DNA from: Amoeboradix gromovi X-113 | Taxonomy: Eukaryota > Fungi > Sanchytriomycota | Assembly: GCA_018985225.1 (NCBI GenBank) | Contig: JADGIF010000384.1 | Coordinates: 1 to 9,538 of the forward strand | Reading direction: 5' to 3' | DNA length: 9,538 bases | In this document: one piece after another, positions 6,284-9,538 of the stretch | Layout of the letters: every line of letters begins with the position of its first letter | Position numbering within the stretch: the first letter of the stretch is position 1 | Translations under genes and position numbers: made by a program | Notes under the pieces: model-generated | Told to the model about the DNA's origin: nothing | Databases searched by the model: none | The model's input: only the letters and a program-made list of their open reading frames with translations

Positions 6284-7059
6284 ACTCTACAAAAATTATG
6301 AGATTTTTTAATCACACCTCTACAAGCATATATGTCCTCATGCAGAATATCCCTAATCTATCATCTATGCCCTAAGTCATAACTGTTCGTTACTAAATCC
6401 TCTTCTCTCGTTTTAACCTGCAAACAAGCAAAGGCCATGTCTTTCTATAGTTGATAAACTATCTTGCTGCTTTGCTGCTCAGGATACCAAAATTGCTCTT
6501 TCTGCTATGTCTACTGCTGCAGCAATTCAGCTCTTAATCACTTTCTTTCTGCATCATCGTATTTCATTCTAATGGGCAATATTCTCTCAACACAGGTACT
6601 CCATGTACAAGATCCATAACTTTTGAGCTCACTGGTGCTTAAATCCCTTTTCGGTAGGTTCAATGGTCTAAAAGCTAATTTTGTGAGAGTATACAATCGT
6701 AAAATCAGCACGCCAATCTTTAGTCACTGCAAAAGACTTGATATATGGCATGCGTATATCATAATAAGCGCTTTAGTATATATCCTAAATGAACTGTGTG
6801 ATTAGCAATGAATTGAGTAAATGCAATGCCAGCAATAACCCCTGCATAACTATAAAAACGCATTTCATGGTTGAATATACAAGTTTAAAATAATCAAGTT
6901 GAGTCTGCTCATCAAAGCATAAATAGGAAATTTGTCTAGTGTATAGACAAGTCGGGGAATGCTTGAGCACTGAACGATTAAGTCTTCAAAAGATGACCCG
7001 GAGAATAAAGATCTGATCCTAGACAGTAATTAATGCTCTTAAATCTACCGGGAATTGGG

Positions 7060-7235
7060 GCTTTCAGTTGAGCATCTGATTTGAAATCAAATAATATTAA
7101 TAAACGGTTCAAATTGCCATACTGGTGGACGTAGTCTATCGCGTCAAGTTTGAATTTGGAGTTCCAAGTAACAATTGTGTCCTTGAACACATTGTAGCCC
7201 TGTGTCTTGTATTTTCAGTCTCTCCTGATTATGTT
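7060..7235 (-). pseudogene. Possible HTH DNA-binding transposase relic (IS3 OrfA-like or pogo/Brinker-type HTH)
   Basis: The minus frame reads IIRRD*KYKTQGYNVFKDTIVTWNSKFKLDAIDYVHQYGNLNRLLILFDFKSDAQLKA, resembling the 'YS.EFKL.AV.Y...G....A..F.I.S...L..W' HTH pattern. It has an in-frame stop and no catalytic domain in continuity. Confidence 0.35.
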
Positions 7236-7313
7236 GGCAGTGTGGGTTACTACCACACATTCATTTTTATTAAAGCTTATAAACATTTTGATTTAGTAAG
7301 CTCCGCAATTCTA

Positions 7314-7702
7314 CAGTAGTAGATATGTAAGTTTTGATTAATCCGGGTGCACTAATTTGATCAAAAAAACACTGATTTGAAGTTGCCTTTCGCAGTATCT
7401 GGGTAGACAAGGACGAAAATCTGTATTTTAAAATGTAATTACAGAAGATTTTAGAATTGCACTACGGCGAGGCAAATTTACTCAAAGAAAGATATGTTTG
7501 GCAGAGTAAGAGGATTCGTATGAACGGTACAAATAGTTGAGCAAAGTAGATTCAATTTTAATAGATCCATTTACTAAATATAGATGCTTGAATAAAATTA
7601 CCCTAATAGTCAGATTAATCCATTGAACTTAATCGATATTGAGATTAGGTTGGTGATATCCGGATAAATCTAAACTTAAATGTCCGGATGAGTAGTTTCA
7701 GG
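7314..7702. mobile_element. MITE-like non-autonomous element with long imperfect terminal inverted repeats (possibly pogo/Tc1-mariner related)
   Basis: 7325-7362 is the reverse complement of 7643-7681 at 29 of 39 aligned positions (core GATTAATCCGG / CCGGATAAATC), with weaker extension inward to about 7385/7626. The left flank begins TA|CAGT (7312-7317) and a TA lies at 7703-7704. No internal ORF. Outer ends are uncertain. Confidence 0.5.
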
Positions 7703-8161
7703 TAGAAAAGGTAGTTTTGCCGCTTCCTTTTATTTTGTTGTCTTGTGTTTCCTTTTCAACTTCAACTCTTATCTGTTCTTACCCGAGTCAGTCTCAACTG
7801 AATATACAATTATAACATACAAAATGCAAATGATAGTTTCTCTAGTCATGTACTTCTGTGACACACCCATTTATGCCACAGAGCTACGCCATATAAAAGG
7901 TACATAGAACGGAGACAATGATATTTAAATGCTTTTTTACGCAGTATGCATGGTTTCAACATCCAGTTTAATAAGTTTTTGATTCGAAAAACTAGCTGAT
8001 GTTCACATGGGCGAGTATTATGGGGTAACAAAAAAACGAGAGAATCACGTGACTTGTACCACCATAGGTCAATACGAGGGTCTCTGAAACACATTTGGAT
8101 AATAAGTTATTGTGCCTGCCAAGGCTTTTAAGGACTGTTTTTTCAAAAAGCATTTATTAGG

Positions 8162-9388
8162 TCACCAATGCTGAAAGTATGCTTGCCCAACTGTTTCTAT
8201 TCTTCTTATTTTCTGTACTATCTTCGATCTTATCTGCTGTGATGTGTGCTTGATCATTTCTTTGATACTGTGGCTTGATTTGCGTTCTTCATCCATTTCT
8301 ACAAAATCACTCCACACCATTATATTTGGCTTTCTTGTCAAATCAAGTGGAGATTGGTGCTCATTGCGCAAGCATGCAAAAACATTCCACAGCTGACCTC
8401 TCATCAGAGCCATTTGCTCATCAAATATGTCATCATCAAACTCTGTATCTATAGTAAATAACCTATGCAGCACATCTTTAGTATCCCTCCACCATACATC
8501 CTTGTCCAAGATATTCAATATTTGTAGTTTAATTGATCCTAAAAATGGAATTGAAGCAATTGGCAAATAAGCCCAACCATAGGGGTAGGACCTAATAAAA
8601 TCAGGATGCTTATAGGGGAATGATAGTCCATTATCTATAGCAGCAAGGTATATACTATTGGATTCAAATTTAATCAGCCAATTATCCAGGCCTCTATCAG
8701 TATTGCGAATAACATAATCTAAAATAGCCATCTTTTGAAATTGAATCAAGAACTGCAATAGTATTTCTTTCGTCCAAATGTCATTAACAGGTAAGGGTGC
8801 AGCAGCATCATCAATCTCAAGGTGTACCTGATCTGAATTTAATTCCAGTCTCTGATTAATTACATTTATATCGGGCATAGGATATTGACGAAGAAATGCA
8901 GTAGCACTTTGAAAACCATAAACAAAACATTGAAAAGAACCCATTTTGGGAACAAGGTGGAAATCCCATTCACCATTAGCGATAGTAGGCGACGGCAGAG
9001 ATGCATAATGGAATGACGGAGATGCAAATTGAAGTACTGTTGTGAATGGAACAATTCCTAGATCCAATCTGGAATCTATAACACTAGCACCGGCCTCGCT
9101 CAAATAGCCTATATTTAAAATTAACCCTTCACGGCCGAAGCAACACCAGAGAAATGTACGGTGTAGAAATTTAAGCCACTTAGGGTTATTGCTACTGTAA
9201 GGTTCTTCGTCTTTAGGTTTAAATATACCCAGAATTGTATTGTCCATGTTTCTACAAAAATAGCTACCTGATGATCCCTCGCTAACCATTATGGGATAAA
9301 TGCTATGCCTAATAGCAAAGTTTATATCTTCTTGATATTTTAAGACTTCTTGCAAGCTTCCATATTTGGTATTACTGGAGTTAGACAT
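8162..9388 (-). CDS. LSB6: Type II phosphatidylinositol 4-kinase (LSB6/PI4K2 family)
   Basis: Diagnostic motifs: GSSGSYF P-loop, GIFKPKDEEPY, CCFGR palmitoylation insert, YLSEAGAS, KMGSFQCFV, ILDYVIRNTDRGLDNWLI catalytic loop, AAIDNGLSFPYKHPD, RSYPYGW and QMALMRGQ. Single uninterrupted ORF. Confidence 0.96.
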   Translation of the reverse strand: MSNSSNTKYGSLQEVLKYQEDINFAIRHSIYPIMVSEGSSGSYFCRNMDNTILGIFKPKDEEPYSSNNPKWLKFLHRTFLWCCFGREGLILNIGYLSEAGASVIDSRLDLGIVPFTTVLQFASPSFHYASLPSPTIANGEWDFHLVPKMGSFQCFVYGFQSATAFLRQYPMPDINVINQRLELNSDQVHLEIDDAAAPLPVNDIWTKEILLQFLIQFQKMAILDYVIRNTDRGLDNWLIKFESNSIYLAAIDNGLSFPYKHPDFIRSYPYGWAYLPIASIPFLGSIKLQILNILDKDVWWRDTKDVLHRLFTIDTEFDDDIFDEQMALMRGQLWNVFACLRNEHQSPLDLTRKPNIMVWSDFVEMDEERKSSHSIKEMIKHTSQQIRSKIVQKIRRIETVGQAYFQHW

Positions 9389-9470
9389 AAGCTATTTAAA
9401 ATTTTGGGCTCGTTTCCTATTTTGTTCTCCGATAAAATTGATTTTTTCAAAGATGCCTGCTGCTCTCGGT

Positions 9471-9538
9471 TTCAACTGAATAAATCATTTATCATGATTA
9501 TATGAGCTATATCGCTAAAGTAGACTCACCTTCTACAC
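9471..9538 (+). repeat. Dispersed repeat, copy B (runs off the window end)
   Basis: Direct-orientation homologue of 2210-2277. Similarity continues to the last base of the window. Confidence 0.7.

Noticed and set aside
6330-6620. Minus-strand peptides VMDLVHGVP and ILHEDI, reminiscent of a kinase hinge and catalytic loop
   Set aside because: They are separated by multiple stops, with no DFG, VAIK or glycine-loop equivalent. Compatible with chance.
7930-8085. Minus-strand fragments LVLTYGGTSHV, FLLPHNT and KLDVE, faintly like the pogo DDE_1 motifs (DGHxSH, LPPHTT, QPLDV)
   Set aside because: The fragments lie in different frames, the catalytic Asp is missing and the spacing is off. Too weak without an HMM search, though worth testing given the adjacent MITE-like element.

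Overview
AT-rich, apparently intron-poor eukaryotic DNA, most consistent with a fungus or fungus-like lineage (the taxon cannot be fixed from this window). It has four credible genes: two divergently transcribed paralogous single-pass membrane proteins with plant-type LRRs and no kinase domain (147-1970 minus; 3534-4757 plus), an uncharacterised putative secreted/membrane protein (5507-6187/6283 minus) and a type II phosphatidylinositol 4-kinase (LSB6/PI4K2-like, 8162-9388 minus). The most notable signal lies between the LRR genes: two tandem, diverged 3'-end remnants of a TnpB/Fanzor (Fanzor2-like) RNA-guided nuclease element (about 2512-2701 and 2709-3037). Each has the C-terminal zinc-finger/RuvC-III coding remnant running into a homologous, hairpin-rich ~150-nt tract that ends in TTAAC and looks like an omegaRNA scaffold. 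Copy 1 keeps well-paired stems with almost no ORF left. Copy 2 is decayed, with CpG loss. The window also holds a promoter block conserved between the LRR paralogues, a ~65-bp dispersed repeat (2210-2277 and 9471-9538), a MITE-like element with long inverted repeats (~7314-7702) and an HTH transposase-like relic. All alignments and folds were done by eye; no database searches were run.
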